From: a virus
Lineage: Duplodnaviria > Caudoviricetes
IMG/VR virus record: IMGVR_UViG_2974632701_000001
Coordinates: 1-64,000 of that record
Length of the DNA: 64,000 nucleotides
Strand: one strand, 5' to 3'
Shown: piece by piece, positions 7,358-15,933 of the stretch
How the letters are laid out: each line of letters opens with the position of its first letter
Numbering within the stretch: position 1 is the first letter of the stretch
Notes under the pieces: model-generated
What the model saw: only the letters and a program-made list of their open reading frames with translations
What the model was told of the DNA's origin: nothing
Databases searched by the model: none
Position numbers and translations under genes: made by a program

Positions 7358-7516
7358 GTGATCTACTTTCTTCTGACCATCATGATCATCTTCCTTTCGT
7401 GGGAATGGATGGTCTTCAGAGATATCCTTGTCTTGTCTCACAAGGATGATGTCCACCTTAGTCTGGTCAACAGTAAACCGCAGGAACCGGGATCCTGTAT
7501 GGATGCACATAGTTGA
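7358..7516 (+). CDS. Small membrane protein (52 aa, GTG start)
   Basis: AAGGAG RBS 8 nt upstream; N-terminal TM IYFLLTIMIIFLSW. Confidence 0.45.
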   Translation: MIYFLLTIMIIFLSWEWMVFRDILVLSHKDDVHLSLVNSKPQEPGSCMDAHS

Positions 7517-7595
7517 TATGAGACAAGTAGAGACTGACCTGAGCACGTCGTAAAAAGGCTCACTCAACCCCAACATAGCTACAAGGAAGCATTCA

Positions 7596-8792
7596 ATGTC
7601 TAACGACGTTTTGAAGCTCTCACCTTCTGAGGTGTATGAGTTCGTGACTGCCGCGCTCAGTCTCAAGCAAGTCCCTTACATCGCTGGCCCGCCTGCCATC
7701 GGTAAGTCGCAGGTGGTCCATCAAGTCGCTCAAGATGCGAATGCTTTGATGATCGACCTTCGTCTGAGCCAAATGCTGAGTGAAGACATGACTGGTCTTC
7801 CGGAGCGTGATGAGAAACGCGGCAAAGCTGTGTATCTCCCCTTCGAACAGTTCCCTCTTGAGGGTGATCCCATTCCTGATGGTTACAGCGGCTGGCTGCT
7901 GTTCCTTGATGAGCTTTCTTCAGCCACTGAAGAAGTCCTTGCTGCTGCATACAGCTTGATCCTTGATCGGACTGTCGGTGGCAAGAAGTTCCACAACAAG
8001 TGTCTGGTCGTGGCCGCTGGCAACCGTGCCAGTGACTCTGCAATTGCACGAGAACTGCCTGACACTCTGATCACTCGTATGCTCCCCTGTGAGATGAAAA
8101 TCAGCACCAAAGACTGGCTGTACTGGGCTTCCCAACAGGGAACCAAAGCCAATGATGCAGTCGTGGACTTCATCAAAAAAGACCCTAAGATGCTGTATGC
8201 TCCGACCAAAGCCAAGGAACGTGCTGAACTGGAAACCTATCCCACTCCTCGTGGATGGGAAAAAGTCTTCGCTCATGTGAACATGCATGAGAAGATGACC
8301 AAGAAACAACAGGAAGGCGTAGACTCTGCTGGTGTTCCTACAGGTCAGATGGTCATGTCTGGACAGCCCATCTCTGCCATGTGCTTCAATCTCATGGCTG
8401 CTGCTGTTGGTCCGATGGCTGCACGCTCGTTCAAGGAAACCTATGACGAGAACATCCAGCTTCCCTATCCGTGGGAGATTGCTCAATCTCCTGCAAGCTC
8501 TCGTGTTCCCAGTGCAGGTGTCGCCAAAGCTCGACTGATGAACGATCTGGCCAAATACTTCATGGAATCTGACTCTCAGACCCGTGACAATGTGCTGATC
8601 TACGTCAATCGTGTTGGTGGTGAGTACAGCGAACTGTTCTTGTCTGAGATCAAAGGCAAGCTGAAAGAGACTCCCAGCGACAAACGTCTGCTGCAAGAGA
8701 CCTCTGAACGTCTGAATATTGATCCTTTGCTGGGTGCTTCTGGTTCTATCAAGAAAGGGGGATCGGGCAACGACCCGAGCCAGCCCTTTTAA
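7596..8792 (+). CDS. MoxR-like AAA+ ATPase (N4 gp24-like)
   Basis: Walker A GPPAIGKS, Walker B LLFLDE, AAGNR, PTPRGWE. Confidence 0.9.
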   Translation: MSNDVLKLSPSEVYEFVTAALSLKQVPYIAGPPAIGKSQVVHQVAQDANALMIDLRLSQMLSEDMTGLPERDEKRGKAVYLPFEQFPLEGDPIPDGYSGWLLFLDELSSATEEVLAAAYSLILDRTVGGKKFHNKCLVVAAGNRASDSAIARELPDTLITRMLPCEMKISTKDWLYWASQQGTKANDAVVDFIKKDPKMLYAPTKAKERAELETYPTPRGWEKVFAHVNMHEKMTKKQQEGVDSAGVPTGQMVMSGQPISAMCFNLMAAAVGPMAARSFKETYDENIQLPYPWEIAQSPASSRVPSAGVAKARLMNDLAKYFMESDSQTRDNVLIYVNRVGGEYSELFLSEIKGKLKETPSDKRLLQETSERLNIDPLLGASGSIKKGGSGNDPSQPF

Positions 8793-8848
8793 GAAGCAAA
8801 ACAAACAGTCATCCAACAACAACCCTTTGAGTGGAAAAGGAAAATCCT

Positions 8849-10186
8849 ATGGAGAGCATGTTGAACAAGGCTGGGGAAAGTTTGTTAAACCACACCCAGA
8901 CATCGACCTCATCAGTCCAGAAGACGATCTCGACTCCCTCTGGAACAATGGGAGTTGGTGAGCTTCTGAGTGCTGACGACACGCTGAAAAGCTATGTCGA
9001 AGAAATGGTGATCACAGATAACCGATTCAAAGGCATGAGTCGGTATATCTTTGACATCAACTTCTATTGGAGCACAGCTATTGCTACTGCTTGTGCTGGT
9101 CATGGATTCATCTTCTTCAACCCTCAGTGGTGGGACAAGATGATCCATGAAGAACGGAAGACCGTGATTGCTCATGAGATCTGGCATCTCATTTGTAACC
9201 ACCTCGAAAGAGGAAAAGACAAGGATCCTGAATCCTACAACATTGCTGGTGATCATGTGATCAACCTGAACTGCCACAATGATGGTTTCATCACGACTCT
9301 GAACAACACTGGTAAACCCAACACCAACTTTGGTGGTGCTGGGATGGTCATTGATGAACGCTTCAGAGGCATGGGAACTGATGCAATCTACAAGATTGTC
9401 CATGCAGAACGTAAGAAAGATCCGAACTCTCACGGTCCTTCCAATGCTCCTTCTACTGATCAGATCGAAGAACTGGTTCAGCAAGCTCTTGAAGGAACTG
9501 GCAAAGATCTTCAGCAACAAGCTGAAGAACATGAGAAAGATCGTCAGAAAGCTGTAGATCAAGGACAGCAAGCTGGGTCTGGTGCTGGAACAAACTCAGA
9601 CATCCTTCGAACTGAAGGAATGAGGATCTTCATTAAGACTGCCACCTATGAAGAGATCTTTGAAGAGTATCTCACTGATCCTCTAACTGGTGGTAAAAGG
9701 ACGTATATGCGTCCCTCTCGTCGCCAAGCCAAAGATGGTCTTAGACTCAAAGGCAAGTATCCCAAACGTGGACGCAAAAACCGTTTGACCCATCTTGTCT
9801 ATGCACTGGATGTCTCTGGTTCAATCACTGCTCATCAAAAAAAGCAGTTCTTGGCTTCGGCTAAGACATTGAAAGAAAAGCTGAATCCGCAATTGATGAC
9901 TGTCATGCTCTGGGATGACGGCATTCGATTCGAAAAAACTTTTCGTGAAGATGAGCTTCTCGACAACATTCATGTGATGTCTGGAGGTGGTACAAATCTC
10001 AATCCTGTCTACAAGCGTGTTCAACAAATCATGCCTGAAGCACTGGTGATCTTCACTGACCTTGTTGTGAACATTCCTCCCAAGCCTGATTGGGAAACCA
10101 TCTGGTTTGTTCCCACAATGGGAATCGGAGATTACTACCTGAAAGCAGTCACTTATGGTGACATCTACCTGATTCCGGAGAAGTGA
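8849..10186 (+). CDS. Metallopeptidase-like/vWA domain protein (N4 gp25-like)
   Basis: HEIWH zincin motif, NIAGDHVIN, MIDAS DVSGS, GGGT, VIFTD. Confidence 0.88.
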   Translation: MESMLNKAGESLLNHTQTSTSSVQKTISTPSGTMGVGELLSADDTLKSYVEEMVITDNRFKGMSRYIFDINFYWSTAIATACAGHGFIFFNPQWWDKMIHEERKTVIAHEIWHLICNHLERGKDKDPESYNIAGDHVINLNCHNDGFITTLNNTGKPNTNFGGAGMVIDERFRGMGTDAIYKIVHAERKKDPNSHGPSNAPSTDQIEELVQQALEGTGKDLQQQAEEHEKDRQKAVDQGQQAGSGAGTNSDILRTEGMRIFIKTATYEEIFEEYLTDPLTGGKRTYMRPSRRQAKDGLRLKGKYPKRGRKNRLTHLVYALDVSGSITAHQKKQFLASAKTLKEKLNPQLMTVMLWDDGIRFEKTFREDELLDNIHVMSGGGTNLNPVYKRVQQIMPEALVIFTDLVVNIPPKPDWETIWFVPTMGIGDYYLKAVTYGDIYLIPEK

Positions 10187-10187
10187 T

Positions 10188-10466
10188 ATGCTGGTTCTCA
10201 AGCTCGAACTTCACAGTGCTCAGACTGGAGAAATCACTGAGATCGGACGTACCATCATCGCCAATGTTGGTAGTACGTCTGAGCTTGGGAATTATCTCTG
10301 CAAGGTTGCTCGCAAACAGCCTGATGGCTCTGAGTATTCCAATACCAAAGTGTGGAAAAATCCTCTTCGCACAGGAACTGTCACTGGGTATCCCAGACTT
10401 CGTTACAACGTCTGGAGACTGGTGATTCGTTCCCTTCTTGCTGCTTTTCCTGAGGAACGCAAATGA
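10188..10466 (+). CDS. Hypothetical protein
   Basis: 92 aa, operon context. Confidence 0.65.
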   Translation: MLVLKLELHSAQTGEITEIGRTIIANVGSTSELGNYLCKVARKQPDGSEYSNTKVWKNPLRTGTVTGYPRLRYNVWRLVIRSLLAAFPEERK

Positions 10467-10927
10467 ACTGGACCGAAGCCAACATGCAAGGTGATGAAGA
10501 AGCACGTCTTTTGACTACTCTGGAGGATGAACTCTACCATCCCACACCCGAAGAAGAACGTGACTACTGGGCTGGAGAAGGCCATTTGGTCTTCCATGTC
10601 CTGTCATATGACCCGACTTCCAAATACTGCCCTTATGAAATCGACTACGACGATTACTCTGGTTGTGTTGGTGGTCTGCAAGAATCTCTTGGACTCGATT
10701 ACGCAATCAATGAAGGTATCCTCGACGTAGGGAAACTTCAGATTGGTATGACCTATGAAGTCCGTGGCATCACAGTTCACTTCACTCGCGGTGACGGATG
10801 GATGACTGATGACGACGCTGATTACTACGTCGAATCTGTCACCAAGATCCTCTATCCCACCCGCTTCATCAAAGCATGGTGGTGGCATCTTATCGGCCAT
10901 CGCATCAGAAACTGGAGAAAATCATGA
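10463..10927 (+). CDS. Hypothetical acidic protein
   Basis: 154 aa, ATGA overlaps, GAGGA RBS. Confidence 0.7.
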   Translation: MNWTEANMQGDEEARLLTTLEDELYHPTPEEERDYWAGEGHLVFHVLSYDPTSKYCPYEIDYDDYSGCVGGLQESLGLDYAINEGILDVGKLQIGMTYEVRGITVHFTRGDGWMTDDDADYYVESVTKILYPTRFIKAWWWHLIGHRIRNWRKS

Positions 10928-11403
10928 CCAAAACCAATACAAAACTGACTGAAGTCATCACGACTGAAGAATCCCCCAGCTACAAGCGTCAGCGTATGCT
11001 GGAAGTCCGTCAGATCGTCGCAAACGCTGTGAAGAACAACCAGCGTGTCGATCAACTGGGCTTCACTGGGACTGACATCGCTCGTTCTCAGATTGCTCTG
11101 CAAGATCTGCTGGACAAGGAACGTCAGAAGCATTCTCGTGCTCGTCACCACATCCTGAATCTGAAGGATGACACCATGTTCCTGTCTGATGTCATGCAAA
11201 TGACCCAGACTGGCATGATGATGATCATCTCTGATCTGTCAGCCAAAGTGCTGCATCAGGACAAGATGCTGAACGCTGCTCACGATGAATGCTTTCGTCT
11301 GGCTTCCGGCTGGCACGATGCCATGAAGAGTCAATATGAGATGCAGACTGAAAATGCTGCTCTGAAGACCAGTCTCAAAGTTGCTCTGCGAGATGCAGTA
11401 TGA
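10924..11403 (+). CDS. Hypothetical coiled-coil protein
   Basis: GGAGA RBS, ATG 10924. Confidence 0.7.
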   Translation: MTKTNTKLTEVITTEESPSYKRQRMLEVRQIVANAVKNNQRVDQLGFTGTDIARSQIALQDLLDKERQKHSRARHHILNLKDDTMFLSDVMQMTQTGMMMIISDLSAKVLHQDKMLNAAHDECFRLASGWHDAMKSQYEMQTENAALKTSLKVALRDAV

Positions 11404-11687
11404 CCCAGCGTCTTTACTGTGTCTGGAGGGTAGATGGAGAGTTCTCCATTACAGACATTGATGTGTCATTTCGTGACAAAGATTTCAACACTATCGTCAA
11501 AGAAGCTATCCGTAAGGATGCTGACGATATGGGGATGTCTGCTTTCTTGAACAAAGAAGACAAAAAGCAACACATCAATGACCTCATCGCCATTGCAACT
11601 GATTCAGACCATCCGGCTTTCATTGGTTATGAAATGCCTATGGTCATTGTTGCAGATCCTGAAACCATTGAATTCATTGGAGCTTAA
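11400..11687 (+). CDS. Hypothetical protein
   Basis: 95 aa, ATGA overlap. Confidence 0.65.
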   Translation: MTQRLYCVWRVDGEFSITDIDVSFRDKDFNTIVKEAIRKDADDMGMSAFLNKEDKKQHINDLIAIATDSDHPAFIGYEMPMVIVADPETIEFIGA

Positions 11688-11688
11688 T

Positions 11689-12117
11689 ATGCGTCCCAGA
11701 TTTGATGAATGGGCTTTGGGGCTGGCTGAAGCCGTCTCCAAACGCTCTCGTGATCCCTCGACCAAGGTCGGAGCCGTGATCATTCGTCCTGACAAGACGA
11801 TTGCTTCTATGGGCTACAACGGCTTTCCTCGAACCATGGAAGACAAAGAAGAGTGGTGGTCTGACAGGCCACAGAAATACTCTCGTGTCATCCATGGTGA
11901 GATGAATGCTCTTCTCAATGCCAAAGAACCCGTGCTAGGAATGACGCTCTACTGCACTCATCCGTGCTGTGAGCACTGTGCAAAGCACATCATTGCTGCG
12001 GGAATCACTCGTGTTGTCTTTGGCACCAGCGAAGAAATCCGTCAGCGTTTCGACATCGCAAAATCTCTCGAACTCTTCGAAGATTGCGGTGTTGAAGTCA
12101 TCGAACTGGAGATCTGA
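11689..12117 (+). CDS. dCMP deaminase
   Basis: RSRDPSTKVGAVI, HGEMNA, PCCEHC zinc-binding motifs. Confidence 0.92.
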   Translation: MRPRFDEWALGLAEAVSKRSRDPSTKVGAVIIRPDKTIASMGYNGFPRTMEDKEEWWSDRPQKYSRVIHGEMNALLNAKEPVLGMTLYCTHPCCEHCAKHIIAAGITRVVFGTSEEIRQRFDIAKSLELFEDCGVEVIELEI

Positions 12118-12546
12118 ATGACAGAAGTTGGACAAACAGCTTCGGGAGCAAAACGTGAATCCATTGGAACCAAGATTGATACTGATCTGGTTCCATTTGA
12201 ACTAATCGCAGCGGCTGCTGTCGGTCTGGGCTTGGGTGAACACAAGTATGCTGCTCGCAACTTTGAGAAAGGACTGAGCTATCGGTCCTTGATCAACTCA
12301 CTGGAACGTCACTGTAAAGCATTGAAAGACGGGGAAGAATTCGATGCAGATACGGGCATTCCTCATTACATGCTGATTGCATCCTCCACTGCTATGTTGG
12401 TTCACAACATCATGCAGGGTGTGATCATTGATGATCGTGCTCCTCCCAAGAACTACAAGCTCGACATCGCAGATGTTGCCAAGCTCGCTCAAACTGAGTT
12501 GAACAAGGCAATTGAATTCTGGGAGACCAAGAATGCAAACAAGTAA
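12118..12546 (+). CDS. dATP/dGTP diphosphohydrolase-domain protein (DUF5664-like)
   Basis: K..DLVP...LGLGEHKYAARNFEKG...SLERH...DADTGIPH pattern. Confidence 0.8.
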   Translation: MTEVGQTASGAKRESIGTKIDTDLVPFELIAAAAVGLGLGEHKYAARNFEKGLSYRSLINSLERHCKALKDGEEFDADTGIPHYMLIASSTAMLVHNIMQGVIIDDRAPPKNYKLDIADVAKLAQTELNKAIEFWETKNANK

Positions 12547-13426
12547 TCTGGTCTACAATCATCCCGGTCAGCCACAAATGCAGGTAGAAGTCATCTTGGC
12601 CTCTGCCAGCAACACTGGCTCTCCTCCTATCTACACCATTCGACTGAGATATCCTCGTCCCATTCATGGTGAGATCATGACTCATCGAGTCTTTGGTCGA
12701 AATGCTCGATCTTCTCGTGCAGTTCCTGTCCTAACCATGCTCAACGAAGTGCAAAACACTCCGTATGTTCCTTGGCATTGGCTCAAGAACAAGCGTGGGA
12801 TGCAAGGAACTGAACGTCTGACTCCTGAAGAAGAACAGAAAGCCATTCAAATCTGGCTCACTGCTCGTGATCGTGCTGTCGAATCTGTCATTGAACTGTT
12901 TGATCCTAATGGACTGAACATTCATAAACAGAATCCAAATCGTCTGCTGGAACCTTTCTCGTGGATCGACACTCTGATCACTGCTACCCAATGGCAGAAC
13001 TTCCTGTGGCTTCGTCAACATCATGCTGCTGAACCACATCTTCAAGATCTTGCCAATCTGGTTGCTGATGCAATGCAATACTGCACTGTTCAGCATCTGG
13101 AATTCGGTGAATGGCATCTGCCATACATCAGCGAAGAAGAGAAACGACTCTACCATACAGACGTGCTCAAGAAGCTGTCTGCTGCTCGGTGTGCTCGAAT
13201 CTCGTACAAACCTTTCAATGGTGAGGCTTCAATTGAAGCTGAACTTGAACGGTACAACCTGCTCGTCACTGATGAACGGGTTCATGCTTCGCCTCTGGAA
13301 CATCAGGCTTCACCTGATAACTACAATGCAGCCAATGGAAAATGGGATCATTCCCAATTCCATGGGAATCTTACAGGATGGATCCAAGCTCGTAAGCTGG
13401 TTCCAAATGAAGTTTACCACGGCTGA
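12533..13426 (+). CDS. thyX: Flavin-dependent thymidylate synthase (phage-type ThyX)
   Basis: EIMTHRVFGRNARSSRAVP, NRLLEPF, SAARCARISY, HASPLEH. Confidence 0.85.
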   Translation: MQTSNLVYNHPGQPQMQVEVILASASNTGSPPIYTIRLRYPRPIHGEIMTHRVFGRNARSSRAVPVLTMLNEVQNTPYVPWHWLKNKRGMQGTERLTPEEEQKAIQIWLTARDRAVESVIELFDPNGLNIHKQNPNRLLEPFSWIDTLITATQWQNFLWLRQHHAAEPHLQDLANLVADAMQYCTVQHLEFGEWHLPYISEEEKRLYHTDVLKKLSAARCARISYKPFNGEASIEAELERYNLLVTDERVHASPLEHQASPDNYNAANGKWDHSQFHGNLTGWIQARKLVPNEVYHG

Positions 13427-13438
13427 GGCTCATGCTAA

Positions 13439-13469
13439 GGGAGTCCTGACCCTCAAGGAAAGGACTCCC
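13439..13469 (+). promoter_or_regulatory. RBS-sequestering hairpin upstream of the phosphoesterase gene
   Basis: Perfect 9-bp GGGAGTCCT/AGGACTCCC overlapping the AAGGA SD of gene 13471. Confidence 0.6.
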
Positions 13470-13470
13470 C

Positions 13471-14622
13471 ATGAGTAAGTATCATGATTACTGGGTCCAA
13501 AATGGGAAACCATCTTATACAGATGTAGCTCTCCATTTTGGTGTCAACGAATCCACAGCCCGAAAATCCATTACTACCAAAGAAAAAAGGCTCAATTCCC
13601 GTGATCTTGCTGAACAAGCAGTGATTGATGGGATGGATGCTCTAGGCTTTGACGGTGTACCTGACGGGGGTTGGGTCAAATCCCAAACTCCAGACAAACA
13701 CGGTCGGACCTATTCTTTCCGGTTCTCCAAAGAGAAAGAAGATGAAGAAAACAAGATTCAGCGTATTGCTGCTATGTTCTCTTCCACCTCTCCAGTCCTT
13801 TTCACACCACCTCCTCTACTCCTCACCAAACGTGTGAAGAAAGCCTTCATTTCCATCAACGATCTGCATTCTGGTGCTCTCGCTTGGGGGAAAGAAACAG
13901 GCTACGGAGACTGGGATCTTGAGATCGCAATGTCCCGTCTTCATCAGTGGCTCTGTCGTCTCTTCGATCATGTCGAAAAAGAAGGCGTTCAAGAGATCAT
14001 CCTCTACTACAATGGTGATGTTCTCCACGCCAACGGCCAAGTACCAATGACTGCCACTCACGGCTCAGATCACATCCTTGATGTCGATTCTCGTCACTTC
14101 AAAGTAGTTGATGTCACTGGTGAACAAATCATTCATACCACTGATATCGCTGCACAAATCGCTGATGTACGTCTCGTCATCAAGCGAGGGAACCATGACG
14201 GAGACAGTTATCTGGCTTTACTTCAGGGTGCCAAGTGGCGATACTTCAACCAACCAAACGTCACTGTTGAGATGGATCCCAATTCCTATTGGGCGCACAT
14301 CTTCGGCAAAGTGGCTCTTTTTGGTCATCATGGCGACAAGATCAAACCTGATCGTCTCATCATGCAGTTCCTCCAACGCTATCGCAAAGATATTGCTGAC
14401 GTGGAACACATCACTGTCTGGACAGGGGACAAGCATCACCGTAAGGTCGAGCAGTTCCCCGGTGTGATGTGGGAACAAGCCTCCAACTGGTCAGAACCTG
14501 ATCTCTATGGTTCAGCTTTTGGAGAAACTGCGATGGCTCAAGCAGTCATCTATGATGAACTCGAAGGTGAGGTATCACGGTTTACAGTGAAAGCCTACCA
14601 AGTATTTGGAGACGACCAATGA
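13471..14622 (+). CDS. HTH + calcineurin-like metallophosphoesterase
   Basis: N-terminal HTH-like VALHFGVNESTARK; DLH, GDVLH, GNHD, GHHGD, GDKHH motifs. Confidence 0.8.
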   Translation: MSKYHDYWVQNGKPSYTDVALHFGVNESTARKSITTKEKRLNSRDLAEQAVIDGMDALGFDGVPDGGWVKSQTPDKHGRTYSFRFSKEKEDEENKIQRIAAMFSSTSPVLFTPPPLLLTKRVKKAFISINDLHSGALAWGKETGYGDWDLEIAMSRLHQWLCRLFDHVEKEGVQEIILYYNGDVLHANGQVPMTATHGSDHILDVDSRHFKVVDVTGEQIIHTTDIAAQIADVRLVIKRGNHDGDSYLALLQGAKWRYFNQPNVTVEMDPNSYWAHIFGKVALFGHHGDKIKPDRLIMQFLQRYRKDIADVEHITVWTGDKHHRKVEQFPGVMWEQASNWSEPDLYGSAFGETAMAQAVIYDELEGEVSRFTVKAYQVFGDDQ

Positions 14623-14840
14623 TGGACAAAGCCAAAATCGAAAGCCTGTTTCGATATGCTCATTTTCCTGAGCATCTTCAGGCTGTGAGCAAACCATTCC
14701 ATGATCTTGCTCTCACTCTCATTGCTGAACTGCCTCAGTCAGCAGAACTGACACTGGCTATTCGTAGCCTGTGGGAAGCGAAGAATCTCGCAGTCTTCGC
14801 AAAAGTGGAAGCCAAAGATAAGGAGGTGGCAAATGTTTGA
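14619..14840 (+). CDS. Acb2/Tad1-hairpin-like small protein (candidate nucleotide sponge)
   Basis: FRYAHFPEHLQAVSKPF...LPQSAELTLAIRSLWEAKNLAV resembles the F.YH.P...P.SxExxLAxxKLxEA helical-hairpin pattern. Confidence 0.55.
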   Translation: MMDKAKIESLFRYAHFPEHLQAVSKPFHDLALTLIAELPQSAELTLAIRSLWEAKNLAVFAKVEAKDKEVANV

Positions 14841-14946
14841 GTTCGTAATTGGAATGGGGGTGGGCCTTGTGCTGGGCTGGAATCTCATTCCTCAGCCCGC
14901 ATGGGTACGCAACCTCTATTCCCGCTGGTTCGTAGAAGGGAGGTGA
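14833..14946 (+). CDS. Small membrane protein (37 aa)
   Basis: AGGAGG RBS; MFEFVIGMGVGLVLGWNLIPQPAWV. Confidence 0.65.
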   Translation: MFEFVIGMGVGLVLGWNLIPQPAWVRNLYSRWFVEGR

Positions 14947-14991
14947 TCCCGTATCTCCCTGTGATCCTACGGATCCAGCGGTAACAATGAA

Positions 14992-15023
14992 GCCCCCCTG
15001 CCATTAGGTAGGGGGGTTTTTTT
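14992..15023 (+). terminator. Intrinsic terminator
   Basis: CCCCCCTGCC-ATTA-GGTAGGGGGG followed by T7. Confidence 0.85.
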
Positions 15024-15100
15024 ATTGACTTTCAGTTTAATATGGTCATGCAAACCTGCACATGGTAAAGCAAGCTAAACTAATCGCATGAGGGTATAAC

Positions 15101-15433
15101 ATGGCAGACGAAGTTCGATATGAATTCACCCGAGGTGATGATTTCAAAATCCCTATGACTCTCACAGACCCTGCCAACAACGGGGTTCCTGTTGATATCA
15201 CCGGATGGACGATTGCTTCTCAGGTTCGATACGCTCGCAAACTGATCTCTGAACTCGACGTAACCATTACCAATGGTTCTCTGGGTCAGTTCACCATCAG
15301 TCTTCCTCATGCTCAAACGGCTCTCTGGCCTGTTCGTGTTCTCAAATGCGACATCCAGTTTGATCGTCCAGTCGAAGGTCGTGTTTCTTCACGTACCTTC
15401 TTGATTGACTGCATGGAGGATCAAACTCAATGA
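15101..15433 (+). CDS. BppU-like virion adaptor-domain protein
   Basis: RGDDF...PVDITGWTIASQVR...GQFTISL...DIQF pattern. Confidence 0.65.
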   Translation: MADEVRYEFTRGDDFKIPMTLTDPANNGVPVDITGWTIASQVRYARKLISELDVTITNGSLGQFTISLPHAQTALWPVRVLKCDIQFDRPVEGRVSSRTFLIDCMEDQTQ

Positions 15434-15930
15434 GCGATCTAAACCTCAATGCAGTCTTTGGTCCTCAGTATGAGATTGTCATCACCAACGACACTGTTGG
15501 TGTATCAGACAATTTTGACCTCACTCTTGAGGTATCTGAACCACTGAGAATCGCTGTTGGGACTGGGTACAACATCAACCAGACTTCCACAGGTACTCTG
15601 GATGTCCGAATCATCGCACTAGAGCCTGTAGGGGCTTATCGTGCTGTTGGTTACGATGGGATGTATACCCAACCTGACGTAGACAGTCTGGCAGCCTATG
15701 CCGGAGTCACACGGATGGCCACAGTTGCTGGCGATCCTATCAATGTGGTCCGGTCGGGCCTCATGACTGAAGGTGCGTGGAACTGGACACCAAATGCTCC
15801 AATCTTTATTGCAGCAAATGGTGTTCTCACGCAAACTCAACCTACTGCTGGGAACCCCGTCCGAAGGATCGGTTGGGCAATTTCTGCGACAGAACTCAAC
15901 CTCGATCCTTATCCCATCATAGGAGTATAA
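15430..15930 (+). CDS. Capsid cement/decoration-like protein
   Basis: AGVT..A..AGDPINVVRSG...WNWTPNAPIF...GVLTQTQP pattern seen in phage decoration proteins. Confidence 0.55.
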   Translation: MSDLNLNAVFGPQYEIVITNDTVGVSDNFDLTLEVSEPLRIAVGTGYNINQTSTGTLDVRIIALEPVGAYRAVGYDGMYTQPDVDSLAAYAGVTRMATVAGDPINVVRSGLMTEGAWNWTPNAPIFIAANGVLTQTQPTAGNPVRRIGWAISATELNLDPYPIIGV

Positions 15931-15933
15931 CAG

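Noticed and set aside
7356-7361. ATG-TGA start-stop minigene after a strong SD
   Set aside because: An overlapping GTG at 7358 opens a plausible 52-aa membrane ORF at good SD spacing, which is the simpler reading.
7920-8822. Long antisense ORFs (also 2615..3622, 43960..44802, 56581..57513, 59090..60082, 59811..60446)
   Set aside because: They shadow well-conserved genes on the opposite strand, lack RBSs or recognisable motifs, and are expected from biased codon usage.
12118-12546. Z-genome (2-aminoadenine) or 7-deazaguanine system
   Set aside because: No PurZ, DpdA, FolE/QueD/QueE/QueC-like ORF is recognisable in the window, so the DUF5664-like gene alone is insufficient.
14963-14980. GATCC-TAC-GGATC mini-hairpin with a template C-GTA-G loop and G at the +1 spacing, as a possible third vRNAP promoter
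   Set aside because: The loop centre is a pyrimidine, the stem does not match the CGCC/GGCG consensus of the two early sites, it lies 15 kb from the left end, and a terminator follows within 15 nt.
15025-15060. Sigma70 late promoter (TTGACT) for the fibre cassette
   Set aside because: No convincing -10 hexamer at 16-18 bp spacing; it cannot be supported from sequence alone.
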